Shown here one piece after another: positions 1 through 9,337 of a DNA stretch of 53,945 nucleotides. The stretch comes from Pseudomonadota bacterium (GTDB lineage: Bacteria > Pseudomonadota > Alphaproteobacteria > Caulobacterales > Hyphomonadaceae), in the NCBI GenBank assembly GCA_039198685.1, contig JBCCTK010000001.1, positions 1 to 53,945 on the forward strand, given 5' to 3'. The position numbers and the translations under genes were made by a program. Every line of letters begins with the position of its first letter. The stretch's first letter is position 1. Below the pieces are notes generated by a model that was not told the DNA's origin, did no database searches, and worked only from the letters and a program-made list of their open reading frames with translations.

Positions 1-1804
1 AGCACCTCTCAACCGCCCGGCTCTCCGCGGCCCAGCGGATGCGGTCCTGGTCAGGATGCTCGTCGAATAAGGAGATGTTCTGCTCGATGGAACCAGCCAG
101 CAGTGTGTCATCCTGCATGACCACGCCCATCTGCTTGCGCAGGTTTGCCAAGCCCCACTTGCTGGCTTCCAGCCCATCAAAGAGAACCTTGCCGCCAAGG
201 GGCTCATAGAGGCCGAGGATGATGCGCAATAGGGTGGATTTGCCCGCCCCAGAGGGGGCCGACAGGGCGATGAACTCACCGAGCTCAGCCTTCAGGCTCG
301 CCCCATGGAGAATGAGCGGCTCAAACGGGCCGTAGCGGAAGGAGACGTTCTGGAGTTCCACTGCGCCGGTGAACGCCCGCCCGATTGAGGGGGTATGCAG
401 GCCCGGTTCACGCTTGGCCAGCGCGATGTCAGACACGCGCTCCAGGTGCACATCCAGCAAGCGGAAATTCACCCACTGCTCAAGCAGCGCCATGAGCCGC
501 TGCTCGAACTGTCCCTTATAGGCGATGAAGGCCGTGATCATGCCGATGGTCATGGCCCCGCCAATGGAGGCTTGGGCCGCCATATAGACGACAAGGATGT
601 TCGACAGGCCCATGAGCGTCTGGCTGATCGCGCCATAACCGATGTTCACATTGCCAACGCGTATCTGAGCGTTCAGCGTGTCGGCAGCGAGGTTGCGCCA
701 CACGGACTCGCGCTCGGTCTCCATGCCCGCGACCTTGATAGCCTGCATGGCGCGCAGGGTCTCGAGAAACTTTGTATTCTCCTTGGCATCGGCCACGAGC
801 AGGTCACCCGAAAGGCGCTTGGAAAGGGACAGAAAAGCAAAGCGCAGCACCGCATAGACGACAATAAACGCCACCACCACAAAGCCGAGCATAGCATCGT
901 ATAAGAAGATCACGATACCCAGGAAGATCGCGAAGACGCCATCAAGCAGGGCTGCAATGGCGCCATTGGCGATGAGGTCGCGGATCGGAACAAGCGACTG
1001 AAAGCGCTGCTGGATGTCGCCCACATGACGGCGATGGAAATAGGAGAGCGGCAGCTTGATCATGTGGTTCATCAGGCTGGCTTCCATATCGTAGCTCAGA
1101 ATGTTTGAAAGGAACTGGAAGACGAGCCCGCGGATGATGGTGGTGAGCGCTTCGAAGATCTTCAGCGCTGCAAACCCGATGGCGATGGCCGCAAGCAGCG
1201 AGAGGTCGCTCTTCAGGATCGCCTCGTCGATGACGAGCTGCATGTAGTAGGGCGTGAGCAGCACAAAAATCTGCAGGAACGCTGACAAAGCAAGGCCCTG
1301 GCCGATTGCTTTCCAGACCGTTGCATCAAGCCGGACAAGGCTGGAGAGCTTGACGGGGTTACGCTCTTTTTTGCGCTTGAAGCCAGAGGTTGGGGTCAGC
1401 TCCAGCGCCACACCGGTAAAGTGCTCGCTGGCATCTTCGAGCTTCATCTCCACCCATCCGCATGCCGGATCGAGGATCGTGATCGATTTCTTCGTTGCGC
1501 GCTTGAGCACAACAAAATGGTTCATGTCCCAATGGAGAATGGCAGGCATGCGCAGGTCTCTGAGTTCCTCAAGCTCACAGCGCACGGCCCTCGCGCCGAG
1601 GTTCATTTGACCAGCGATGTCGATTACGTCCTTGAGCGTGGCGCCTTTCAGCGAGATCGGGAATTTACTGCGCAGGGTCGTGAGGTCTGTTCGGAACCCG
1701 TGATAACCGGCCACCATGCCGATACAGGCCAGGCCACATTCCGCTGCTTCCGCCTGACGCAACAGGGACATGGACTTGAAGCCGGAAAGGTTGAGGACGC
1801 TCAT
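1..1804 (-). CDS. Peptidase-C39-domain ABC transporter (peptide/bacteriocin cleavage-and-export type); C-terminal part runs off the window
   Basis: Absent from the ORF track because no stop lies in the window. Manual minus-strand translation from ATG (complement of 1802-1804) gives MSVLNLSGFKSMSLLRQAEAAECGLACIGMVAGYHG (C39 Cys context), HWDMNHFVVLK (C39 His), a multi-helix ABC membrane domain, then ELQNVSFRY and Walker A LSAPSGAGKSTLL. The frame stays open to base 1. Confidence 0.85.
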   Translation of the reverse strand, partial: MSVLNLSGFKSMSLLRQAEAAECGLACIGMVAGYHGFRTDLTTLRSKFPISLKGATLKDVIDIAGQMNLGARAVRCELEELRDLRMPAILHWDMNHFVVLKRATKKSITILDPACGWVEMKLEDASEHFTGVALELTPTSGFKRKKERNPVKLSSLVRLDATVWKAIGQGLALSAFLQIFVLLTPYYMQLVIDEAILKSDLSLLAAIAIGFAALKIFEALTTIIRGLVFQFLSNILSYDMEASLMNHMIKLPLSYFHRRHVGDIQQRFQSLVPIRDLIANGAIAALLDGVFAIFLGIVIFLYDAMLGFVVVAFIVVYAVLRFAFLSLSKRLSGDLLVADAKENTKFLETLRAMQAIKVAGMETERESVWRNLAADTLNAQIRVGNVNIGYGAISQTLMGLSNILVVYMAAQASIGGAMTIGMITAFIAYKGQFEQRLMALLEQWVNFRLLDVHLERVSDIALAKREPGLHTPSIGRAFTGAVELQNVSFRYGPFEPLILHGASLKAELGEFIALSAPSGAGKSTLLRIILGLYEPLGGKVLFDGLEASKWGLANLRKQMGVVMQDDTLLAGSIEQNISLFDEHPDQDRIRWAAESRAVERC

Positions 1805-2250
1805 GGCCCCCCCATAGCGTCAAGACAATACGATAACCGCGCCCCAAAAATTGACCATGCACATGCGAAGAGGTCTTGCGTAAAGCTGCGCAAAAGCGCA
1901 TACATGAATTCGGTCACTGCCGCATCTCCACATGCGCATGATCCGTCCCGGTCGCTGCGTCACCAGCGCCGGGACATTTCTTTTCAGGGTAGAAAGCCCC
2001 CGCTCACTTTTTTCATAAGGTCACCCTGGCCGGGTGGTGTCAACCTCATTGAGGGCCTGATGTGTCAGGCTGGGCTGAACTGATTATCGAGGGTCGACTG
2101 AGCGCTGCTCGTGAAAGGGCGTCCGTCTCGAAGTCCGTCAGGCTACGATGACTGTTCCGCCCCTCAAGAGACCAGAAAAAGTCTTTCGGAGCGAGACCAG
2201 CGTCCGTCTTAAACAGGGCCAATCCCGGCCATTCTGATTGAGTACGGGTC

Positions 2251-2449
2251 CTAGGATGCTTGGGTTTTGGTGATCGTATGGCTTCCTGCGGGCAAGGCGA
2301 CATGATAGAGCATGAGCGATCCGACTTCGGCCTCGTCAGGCGGTGCGCGACGACGAGCCTGGCGGAAACGCAAGCGGCCCGCTGTGCTCCTAGCCAGCAC
2401 GAATGAGACACCCCGCCAAACGATGCAAATTGACCGGAAAGGGCCCTAG
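2251..2449 (-). repeat. Copy A of a dispersed CTAG-bounded non-coding repeat (MITE-like), directly after the GT2 stop codon
   Basis: 2411-2450 CCCCGCCAAACGATGCAAATTGACCGGAAAGGGCCCTAGC matches 43043-43082 with 2 mismatches. The reverse complement of 2333-2450 aligns by eye with 17044-17146, including a 22-nt identical run GTCAATTTGCATCGTTTGGCGG and GCCAGGCTCGTCGTC(G/A)CGCACCGCCTGACGA. CTAG lies at both 2251-2254 and 2446-2449. The left end is degenerate. Confidence 0.6.
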
Positions 2450-3258
2450 CGCGCTCTGTGAATTATGCGCCAGCGCAGGAGGGGTAACAGTAGAAAATTC
2501 AAGGCACGATCGCTGGGCGTGCGCGCCCACTTCCTGAAATAATAGGTTAAACTGTCTGCCTTGTGCCTGGCGACTGTTCTGCTGTCTGCATCCGATGTCG
2601 CGCCATCATGTAGCGCTGCCGCCAGGGGCTGATAGAGCACGCTGCCGCCCTGGGCGCGCACGGTTCGGCTCAGGTCGATATCCTCCACATGGAGGAAGTA
2701 GGTCTCATCGAACCCGCCTATCGCATTAAAATCTGACTTTGGCATGGCAAAGAAGGCACCGGAGACGACGTCCATTGCGGTGGGAGCTGATGGCGCGGGC
2801 GTGTGTTCCAGCGTCCAGCGCCGCAGACCGAGTGCGCTTGCCCAGGTCAGCTCCCGGCGCCGGGCACCGCGCTGCTCAATGCCGTCTGCCCCGAAGATTT
2901 TGCCACCCACCTGGCAGGGGGAGGGTTGACCCTTACAGGCTGATTGTAAGGCAAACACGCTGCCCCGGCGCACCATGGCATCGGGATTAACGAAGACCAG
3001 AAAGTCACCGCGCGCCAAACTCGCACCCAGGTTGCAGGCCGGGCCAAAGCCAATATTTTCTCGTTTCATAACAGCCTCGACTGTATCCCATTGCGCAACG
3101 GTCTGATCGAGCCATTCGGTGTCTGGTGCTGGGTTCCCATTGTTGATGACGACAATTCCATCGACTTCGGGGTCTGATTTCAGGGCATAGAGACAGTCTC
3201 TCAGCCGCCGGCCTGTATGGTAGCTTACGACAATCGCTGTGACTGCGCGCCAGGTCAC
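2446..3258 (-). CDS. Family 2 glycosyltransferase
   Basis: 270-aa ORF: IVVSYHTGRRLRDCLYAL, VVINNGN, NIGFGPACNLG, FVNPDAMV are a typical GT2 fold signature. The GTG start overlaps the upstream gene stop (GTGA at 3255-3258). Confidence 0.8.
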   Translation of the reverse strand: MTWRAVTAIVVSYHTGRRLRDCLYALKSDPEVDGIVVINNGNPAPDTEWLDQTVAQWDTVEAVMKRENIGFGPACNLGASLARGDFLVFVNPDAMVRRGSVFALQSACKGQPSPCQVGGKIFGADGIEQRGARRRELTWASALGLRRWTLEHTPAPSAPTAMDVVSGAFFAMPKSDFNAIGGFDETYFLHVEDIDLSRTVRAQGGSVLYQPLAAALHDGATSDADSRTVARHKADSLTYYFRKWARTPSDRALNFLLLPLLRWRIIHRAR

Positions 3259-4547
3259 GCGCGTTCTGCTCGCGCCAGGATGATCAGGGCCATGGTGACA
3301 AGGACGAGCGAGGCCCAGAATGCCTCATTCCATACGCTGTAGGACACGCTGGCGATAGCCAAAGCTGCGCCCGTGAGTCCTGCGGCTCCCATCTTCAAGC
3401 GCTGCGACATGGCGGCTGGTGGGGGTAGACGAAACCCCAGGGCGATGAGCGTGGTTGCCGTTAGAATGGCGCCGATCAGGCCGGTTTCAGCCCAGATTTC
3501 GAGTGCCATATTATGGGGGTGGCTGGGTATCAGTGGATAGCGTGTCCACGCCGCTTCCACACCGCCCCTAGAGACCACATCGGCCAACCATTCGGGCCGC
3601 GTGAGATAGGTCTCACGCCACGTTGATGCTGCCTCAAGCCCGTGGCCCGTGATGGGGCGTTCAGACACTTTTTCTGTGACGGCATGCCAGGCCCACACCC
3701 TGGATTGAAAGGACAGCGGCAAGTTCAGATTCAGAGTGTCGAAGAGGCCTGCAAGCCGTCCCAGCAGAGGGGCCGCCATAACCATTACAGCAATCCCGGT
3801 GTAGATGACCCGGAAACCACTGCGCGGAAACACGATGACAAGGCCAACAAAGAGCAGTGTCAGCACAACCGCTAGAATTGCCGCAGCGCTTCCAAGGAAT
3901 GCGAAGACGGCCACCGCAGGTGCAATCGCAAACACTCCCACATTGCGCACCCAGCCGCCTCGCGTCCAAACCGCAGCCAGCAAAACCGGCAAGACCAAGG
4001 CTAGAGCGTTGGCAAAGCGCAGGACATTTTGCATACCGTCGCGCTGGGCCTCGATCTGGGTCTCATAGGCCATGGCCAACCCCCGATCGAGCAAGGGCGG
4101 TGTCGCCAGAAGCATCGCCAGATGAACACCAAAAATACCGGCAAGAAGCGTGGCAGCATGCCTAGGATAGGCCTTGGACGACTGGAGCACCGCAATCGAC
4201 ACCCCAGTCGCTAACGCGATCCCCACAAGGCGCAAGGCGCTGAACTTGATAGCGAAATTACCGTCCGCCAAACTGCCGGAAAATACCGGCGTATCCAGTG
4301 CTGGAGACCAGAGCGTGGACGCCGAAACCCAAATTATAAGGATGGCAAATGCTGCCAACAGAAACGATGGTCTGGGTGCTGCGGGTCGAAAAAAGACAGC
4401 GCCGATGGCGACCAAGCCCAACAGGGGTGTCATCCCCTGAGCGCCCAGAAGTGCCAAGAGCGGCCAGAGCACCATCAAACCTGCGAAGACCGCGGGGAAG
4501 GACACGTTTCGGGATGCGCTGTTGTTGGAGGAAACCTCTTGCATCAC
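3255..4547 (-). CDS. O-antigen ligase / Wzy_C family polytopic membrane protein
   Basis: 430-aa ORF with about 10 hydrophobic segments and HPHNMALEIWAETGLIG, the Wzy_C/O-antigen ligase motif. Translationally coupled to the GT2 gene. Confidence 0.75.
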   Translation of the reverse strand: MMQEVSSNNSASRNVSFPAVFAGLMVLWPLLALLGAQGMTPLLGLVAIGAVFFRPAAPRPSFLLAAFAILIIWVSASTLWSPALDTPVFSGSLADGNFAIKFSALRLVGIALATGVSIAVLQSSKAYPRHAATLLAGIFGVHLAMLLATPPLLDRGLAMAYETQIEAQRDGMQNVLRFANALALVLPVLLAAVWTRGGWVRNVGVFAIAPAVAVFAFLGSAAAILAVVLTLLFVGLVIVFPRSGFRVIYTGIAVMVMAAPLLGRLAGLFDTLNLNLPLSFQSRVWAWHAVTEKVSERPITGHGLEAASTWRETYLTRPEWLADVVSRGGVEAAWTRYPLIPSHPHNMALEIWAETGLIGAILTATTLIALGFRLPPPAAMSQRLKMGAAGLTGAALAIASVSYSVWNEAFWASLVLVTMALIILARAERA

Positions 4548-4811
4548 AGTTGGCTAGCCTGCCTCGCGGGGCCGGTCCAGCAAGCGGGTGCACGTTCTGA
4601 ATGGCGGCCGTTGGGCCAGCACGTCTCTACACGAACAATATTTCTGGGAAGATTGTTGCTGACCACCATGAAAATCGCAGAGACCGTCGTCGCGGTTAGC
4701 GTTTTGCAGCCCACTCAAGCGACCGACAGAATTTGAGATGCACCCGCGCCCCAGACGCCCTCAGCGCACTCTTTTTGCGCGTCGGCACAGCCTTTGCCGA
4801 TCCGAAAGGGC

Positions 4812-4858
4812 TTGACAATTTGGGCGTGCACCCAAATATTGGGTACGTGCCCAAATAT
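4812..4858 (+). promoter_or_regulatory. Candidate sigma70-type promoter overlapped by two tandem palindromic operators (likely site for the TetR encoded at 5717-6391)
   Basis: TTGACA at 4812-4817, a 17-nt spacer, AATATT at 4835-4840. TTGGGCGTGCACCCAA (4820-4835) and TTGGGTACGTGCCCAA (4839-4854) each have TTGGG/CCCAA arms, each is followed by ATAT, and they are spaced 19 nt apart. AGGAG RBS at 4860-4864. Confidence 0.45.
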
Positions 4859-4871
4859 CAGGAGCGGCTCA

Positions 4872-5699
4872 ATGATTTCTGACTTTCTTGTTCCCTTGGT
4901 TGCAGATTGGCCATTGGCCTTTCGAATTCTAGCGATTGCCCTGGCCGTGGCGGTGCTCGTTATGGCGCGATACGGACTTCTTACAGCCATTGGGTTTGGT
5001 ATCGGCCAGCTTGTCGGCAAGCTTGCGCCGCACCGGAGACTCCAACCGATTCCGTTCACACGCGAACAGATCAAGCGTGAGATATTTCACTCCATGTCCA
5101 GCGTGCTCATCTTTACCTTGGTGATCGGTTTGATCTTCTTGCTGACTCAAGCAGGGTGGACCCGGATCTACCAGCAGCCCGATGCGCTCGGTTGGGCCTG
5201 GTTCTGCTTGCAGATCCCCATGGCTCTGCTGATACAAGATTTTTACTTCTACTGGATGCACAGGCTCATCCATACGCCGGGTCTCTATGAAAGGATCCAC
5301 AGCACGCACCATGTTTCGACCAACCCGAGCGCGTTTGCAGCCTTCGCGTTCCATCCCATCGAGGCGTTCCTGGAGATTGCTGTTTTTATCGCCCTTGTCA
5401 TGGTTTTCCCGATGAACCCCACGGCGCTGATTATTGTCGGATTGATTTCGCTGATGTTTAATGTCTATGGCCATTTGGGCTATGAGATCATGCCGCGATT
5501 TATCGCCAAGAGCCCTCTCGGGTACATTTTGAACACGTCTGCTTATCACAACCAGCACCACCGTGCCTTCAAGTGCAATTACGGCCTCTACACGGTGATT
5601 TGGGATAGAATGTTCGGCACCTTACATCCGAAGGCAGAGCAGGTATATGATCGCAAAACCCAGCGGCCCGTTTCATCGGAGGCTGCAACACAAGCCTAG
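4872..5699 (+). CDS. Fatty acid hydroxylase / sterol desaturase family membrane protein
   Basis: Histidine boxes HRLIH, HSTHH, HNQHH in the 4794-5699 ORF. I prefer the ATG at 4872 (MISDFLVPL) because AGGAG lies 7 nt upstream. The longer start at 4794 would overlap the promoter/operator. Confidence 0.8.
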   Translation: MISDFLVPLVADWPLAFRILAIALAVAVLVMARYGLLTAIGFGIGQLVGKLAPHRRLQPIPFTREQIKREIFHSMSSVLIFTLVIGLIFLLTQAGWTRIYQQPDALGWAWFCLQIPMALLIQDFYFYWMHRLIHTPGLYERIHSTHHVSTNPSAFAAFAFHPIEAFLEIAVFIALVMVFPMNPTALIIVGLISLMFNVYGHLGYEIMPRFIAKSPLGYILNTSAYHNQHHRAFKCNYGLYTVIWDRMFGTLHPKAEQVYDRKTQRPVSSEAATQA

Positions 5700-5716
5700 A
5701 AGATGCCTCGCCTGCC

Positions 5717-6391
5717 ATGTCGATCACCCAACACTCGGAAGACACACGCGCGGCCTTTGGGATTAAAACCAAGGGCCGCATTCTTTCAGCCAGCCTCGAT
5801 CTTTTCAATGCTTTCGGCTTCGAGCGGGTCACCACGGCTCAGCTTGCGGAAGCTGCGGACGTTCTGGACGGCACGCTTTGGTACCACTTCAAAGCCAAGA
5901 AAGATCTGCCCCTAGCCCACCTTGATGTGCTTGAAGCTCGACTAAACGACCACTTGGAGTCGCCTATGGCGACGGCGCGTTCTGAAGTTGTCGATGCAAT
6001 ACTAGGCATGTTCGATCTGCTTTGGGACTTTCGATATCTGCTCAGGGACCCAATTGCCGTCGTGCAAGACGGCGAGGATAGTCGTGCGCGACTGAAACGG
6101 ATCTACCAGAATGTGGAACAAAGAACGCAAGACAGGCTGCACCAAGCGGACGCTTTGGGGTTGATCGATTTAGATGGCGTGGATGTCCATTCCCTTGCCG
6201 TATCTTGTTTCCTGGTGGGTCGATATTGGCTGGACTATGCAAGCATCCGATACGGGGAAGACATGGACGCTGCAACGTTCCGGCAAATGGGCATCGCGCA
6301 AATCGTATCATTGATACGGCCCTATGTGACGGAGGGTGGGAATACGCTTCTAAACGCATCGCCCCAACCCGCCGATGATGCGGCAGGCTGA
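5717..6391 (+). CDS. TetR/AcrR family transcriptional regulator
   Basis: N-terminal HTH RILSASLDLFNAFGFERVTTAQLAEAADVLDGTLWYHFKAKKDL. Lies 17 nt after the desaturase-family gene on the same strand. Confidence 0.85.
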   Translation: MSITQHSEDTRAAFGIKTKGRILSASLDLFNAFGFERVTTAQLAEAADVLDGTLWYHFKAKKDLPLAHLDVLEARLNDHLESPMATARSEVVDAILGMFDLLWDFRYLLRDPIAVVQDGEDSRARLKRIYQNVEQRTQDRLHQADALGLIDLDGVDVHSLAVSCFLVGRYWLDYASIRYGEDMDAATFRQMGIAQIVSLIRPYVTEGGNTLLNASPQPADDAAG

Positions 6392-6424
6392 GGACTGTTT
6401 GGAGCCGAGCGCGACCTAGGCTGG

Positions 6425-8350
6425 TCAGACTTGCTGTAGGTCCGGTGGAAGCGCTTCTTTGACAATGGCGCCAACGGCGTCGTCCAGCGTGATAATCTCC
6501 TGAGCCTTGGAGCCGAACCGGCGAAGGGCGAGTTTCCGCTCTTCCGCTTCCCGGGCGCCGACCACCGCGATGATCGGGATCTTCTGTAGCGAGTGTTCGC
6601 GGACCTTGTAGTTGATCTTCTCATTGCGAAGATCCATTTCCACGCGCAGACCCGCTTTGCGCAGTGCTTCTGCCGCCTCAACGGCGTATTCATCGGCCTC
6701 AGACGTAATCGTTGCGACCACGACCTGCACCGGAGCCAGCCACATGGGGAAGGCGCCGGCATAGTGCTCTATGAGAATACCCGTGAACCGTTCCAGCGAG
6801 CCGAACAGGGCGCGGTGAAGCATCACCGGTCGATGGCTCTCGCCATCATCACCGATATAGGTTGCATCGAAACGCTCAGGAAGATTGAAGTCGACCTGCA
6901 GCGTGCCGCACTGCCAATCCCGGCCGATGGCATCGCGCAGAACGAATTCGAGCTTTGGCCCATAAAAGGCACCTTCACCCGGATTGTAGCCATAGGGCAG
7001 ACCCGTGGCTTCGAGGGCATTCTTGAGCGCCGCTTCGGACTTGTCCCACACCGCATCATCGCCGATGCGAGCCTCGGGCCGGTCTGAGAATTTGATGCGT
7101 ACATCCTCAAACCCGAAATCCTTGTAGATATCGAGGATCAGGTCGACCACCGTCAGGCATTCCTGCTGGAGCTGATCTGGTGTGCAGAAGATATGGGCAT
7201 CGTCCTGCGTGAAGTGGCGCACGCGCATCATGCCATGGAGCGCGCCCGACGGCTCATACCGGTGCACCTTGCCGAACTCGGCCATGCGCAATGGCAGCTC
7301 TTTGTAAGAGCGTTGGCCATGGTTGTAGACCTGCACACCGCCGGGGCAGTTCATGGGTTTGAGTGCATATTTGCGCTCATCCGGCATCACCGTGGAGTAC
7401 ATGTTCTCACCGAACTTTTCGGCGTGTCCCGACGTTTCCCAAAGCGAATAGTCGAGCAGGTCCGGCGTATTGATCTCCACATAGCCGGCCTCGTCCTGGC
7501 GCCGGCGCATATAGGAAATCAGCATCTGGAACAGCGTCCAGCCCTTGGGGTGCCAGAAGATGGAACCTGGGCCTTCCTCCTGCATATGGAAAAGGTCCAT
7601 CACCTTGGCGAGTTTGCGGTGGTCGCGCTTTTCGGCCTCTTCCAGGCGGTGGAGGTGGGCCTTTAGGTCCTTTTCATTGCGCCAGGCCGTGCCGTAGATA
7701 CGCTGCAGCATCTCATTATTGGAGTCGCCGCGCCAATAGGCGCCCGCCAGCTTCATAAGCTTGAATGCCTTGGGAATCTTGCCCGTGGAGGGCAGGTGCG
7801 GGCCAAGGCAGAGATCATACCAGTCACCCTGGCGATAGATCGTTATCACCTCATCTTCGGGCAGGTCCGAAATCAGTTCGGCTTTGTAGGCCTCGCCGAT
7901 TGAAGCAAAGTGCGCGATCGCCTCGTTGCGATCCCAAACTTCGCGGACCAATGGATAATCGGCGTCAACAATCTCGGCCATTTTGGCTTCGATCTTCTCG
8001 AAGTCTTCGGTTGAGAAAGGTTCCTCGCGATGGAAGTCGTAATAGAAGCCATCATCGATCACGGGGCCAATGGTCACCTGGGTGCCGGGGAACAGGTCCT
8101 GCACGGCTTGTGCGAGCACGTGGGCCGCGTCATGGCGGATTAGCTCCAGGCCTTCAGGGTCTTTTTCGGTCACGATTTCGACGGCTGCCCCGCCCGGCAA
8201 TTCGCGGGTCAGGTCGCGCAGCTCGCCATTCACGCGCGCGGCAAGCGCCTTTTTGGCGAGGGATTTGGATATGGATTGCGCCAGGTCGAAGGCGGAGGCG
8301 CCATCTTCCAATTCGCGTTTGGAGCCGTCTGGCAAGGAGACTTCGATCAT
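6425..8350 (-). CDS. thrS: Threonine--tRNA ligase
   Basis: 641-aa ORF with TGS-type N-terminus [13 protein letters not shown], the editing domain, class II core ([18 protein letters not shown]) and an anticodon-binding tail. Confidence 0.97.
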   Translation of the reverse strand: MIEVSLPDGSKRELEDGASAFDLAQSISKSLAKKALAARVNGELRDLTRELPGGAAVEIVTEKDPEGLELIRHDAAHVLAQAVQDLFPGTQVTIGPVIDDGFYYDFHREEPFSTEDFEKIEAKMAEIVDADYPLVREVWDRNEAIAHFASIGEAYKAELISDLPEDEVITIYRQGDWYDLCLGPHLPSTGKIPKAFKLMKLAGAYWRGDSNNEMLQRIYGTAWRNEKDLKAHLHRLEEAEKRDHRKLAKVMDLFHMQEEGPGSIFWHPKGWTLFQMLISYMRRRQDEAGYVEINTPDLLDYSLWETSGHAEKFGENMYSTVMPDERKYALKPMNCPGGVQVYNHGQRSYKELPLRMAEFGKVHRYEPSGALHGMMRVRHFTQDDAHIFCTPDQLQQECLTVVDLILDIYKDFGFEDVRIKFSDRPEARIGDDAVWDKSEAALKNALEATGLPYGYNPGEGAFYGPKLEFVLRDAIGRDWQCGTLQVDFNLPERFDATYIGDDGESHRPVMLHRALFGSLERFTGILIEHYAGAFPMWLAPVQVVVATITSEADEYAVEAAEALRKAGLRVEMDLRNEKINYKVREHSLQKIPIIAVVGAREAEERKLALRRFGSKAQEIITLDDAVGAIVKEALPPDLQQV

Positions 8351-8584
8351 GATGCGTTTGTCTTCAGCGTAGGTTTCGGACCGCTTAACGCGCCTGATGG
8401 ATATTGCCCACAGACAAAGCGCGTCGAGCCGGTGAAATCAAAGGAATAAGGTGAAAGGCTTGGTGGGCGCGCAAGGCCGAAGGGCCCGCCTCGAAGGCAG
8501 GGTTACGCGCCCGTGCGAGTTCGCGTTGTGCGTTGGCGGCGTCCAAAATCCATTCCAGTGAGATAGTCTCTTTGGCCTGGTGGA

Positions 8585-9337
8585 TCAATACAATCCTGCC
8601 GCCCGAGCGAGCATGACCAAGCCAATCGCCGTTACCAACCACTTCATCCAGGCTTTGAAATTGACGTCATCCATGATGGCGAGCACGCGCCCGCCGACCC
8701 ATGTGCCGGCCATGGCGATAGGAATGGCGGCCGCGATGAACCAGACCGGCGGCATTGCACCCCAACCGGCCGCGCTTACAACCGGCACGGTCCAGAACCC
8801 GACCTTGATAAGGTGGCTCAGGGTTTGGGTGACGGATTTAGTCGCCACGATCTCCTGGCGGGTCATGTTATTGTTGACGAAAAACAAGTCTAGCAGAGGG
8901 CCTGCAACGCCGGCAATTGTATTCAGCGCTTGCACGACAATCCCGGCGCCGAGGGCGTCTCGGCGACGCTGGATGTCCAGATGGAAGCGTTCCTTGGGCA
9001 ACCAGATGAGGAGCGGCAAGAGTCCCAGGACGAGATAGACCTGCTGTTTGTTAGGCACCCATGTAACTGTAAACAGGCCTGCCACTCCAATGCCCGCGCC
9101 GATCGCATAGCGCCGTGTGGCCACCCAATCGATGTGATCACGAATAAGCCATGCACGCCAGCCATTGGCCACCATTTGGATCGAGCCGTGGATGATCATG
9201 GCGCTGGCGACTGTCACCGACGGCAGGGCAATCAGGACGCCCATCAGGATAATACCACCCGCCATGCCGAAAATGCCCGAGATGAAAGCGGTTACGGCGC
9301 TTGCCGCGAGGATTATGAGGCCTGCAAGGGTGGTCAT
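8585..9337 (-). CDS. TauE/SafE family sulfite-exporter-like membrane protein
   Basis: 250-aa polytopic ORF with the duplicated 4-TM pattern and GMAGGIILMGVL motif typical of TauE/SafE (DUF81). Confidence 0.75.
   Translation of the reverse strand: MTTLAGLIILAASAVTAFISGIFGMAGGIILMGVLIALPSVTVASAMIIHGSIQMVANGWRAWLIRDHIDWVATRRYAIGAGIGVAGLFTVTWVPNKQQVYLVLGLLPLLIWLPKERFHLDIQRRRDALGAGIVVQALNTIAGVAGPLLDLFFVNNNMTRQEIVATKSVTQTLSHLIKVGFWTVPVVSAAGWGAMPPVWFIAAAIPIAMAGTWVGGRVLAIMDDVNFKAWMKWLVTAIGLVMLARAAGLY

Noticed and set aside
395-904. Long ORFs antisense or out of frame to real genes. Examples: 395-904 and 1421-2083 over the ABC exporter, 19702-20358 over the M1 peptidase, 41989-42672 over the flavin oxidoreductase, 49166-50002 over glpK, and 12112-12714 over the MlaC-like gene.
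   Set aside because: These are typical high-GC shadow ORFs. Their translations are low-complexity and Arg/Gly/Pro/His-rich. Each is fully overlapped by a gene with clear family motifs.
1801-1905. A 34-aa minus-strand ORF (MYALLRSFTQDLFACAWSIFGARLSYCLDAMGGP) whose stop overlaps the ABC exporter start (ATGA), considered as a possible exported peptide.
   Set aside because: It has no Shine-Dalgarno sequence and no N-terminal double-glycine leader (the GG is at the extreme C-terminus). In GC-rich DNA such short ORFs arise by chance. The same applies to the 39-aa ORF at 1820-1939 and the 10/21-aa ORF around 1984-2050.
2046-2411. A 121-aa minus-strand ORF in the gap between the GT2 gene and the ABC exporter.
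   Set aside because: The composition is Arg/Ser/Pro-rich and non-protein-like, with no RBS. Its N-terminal third is the repeat element.
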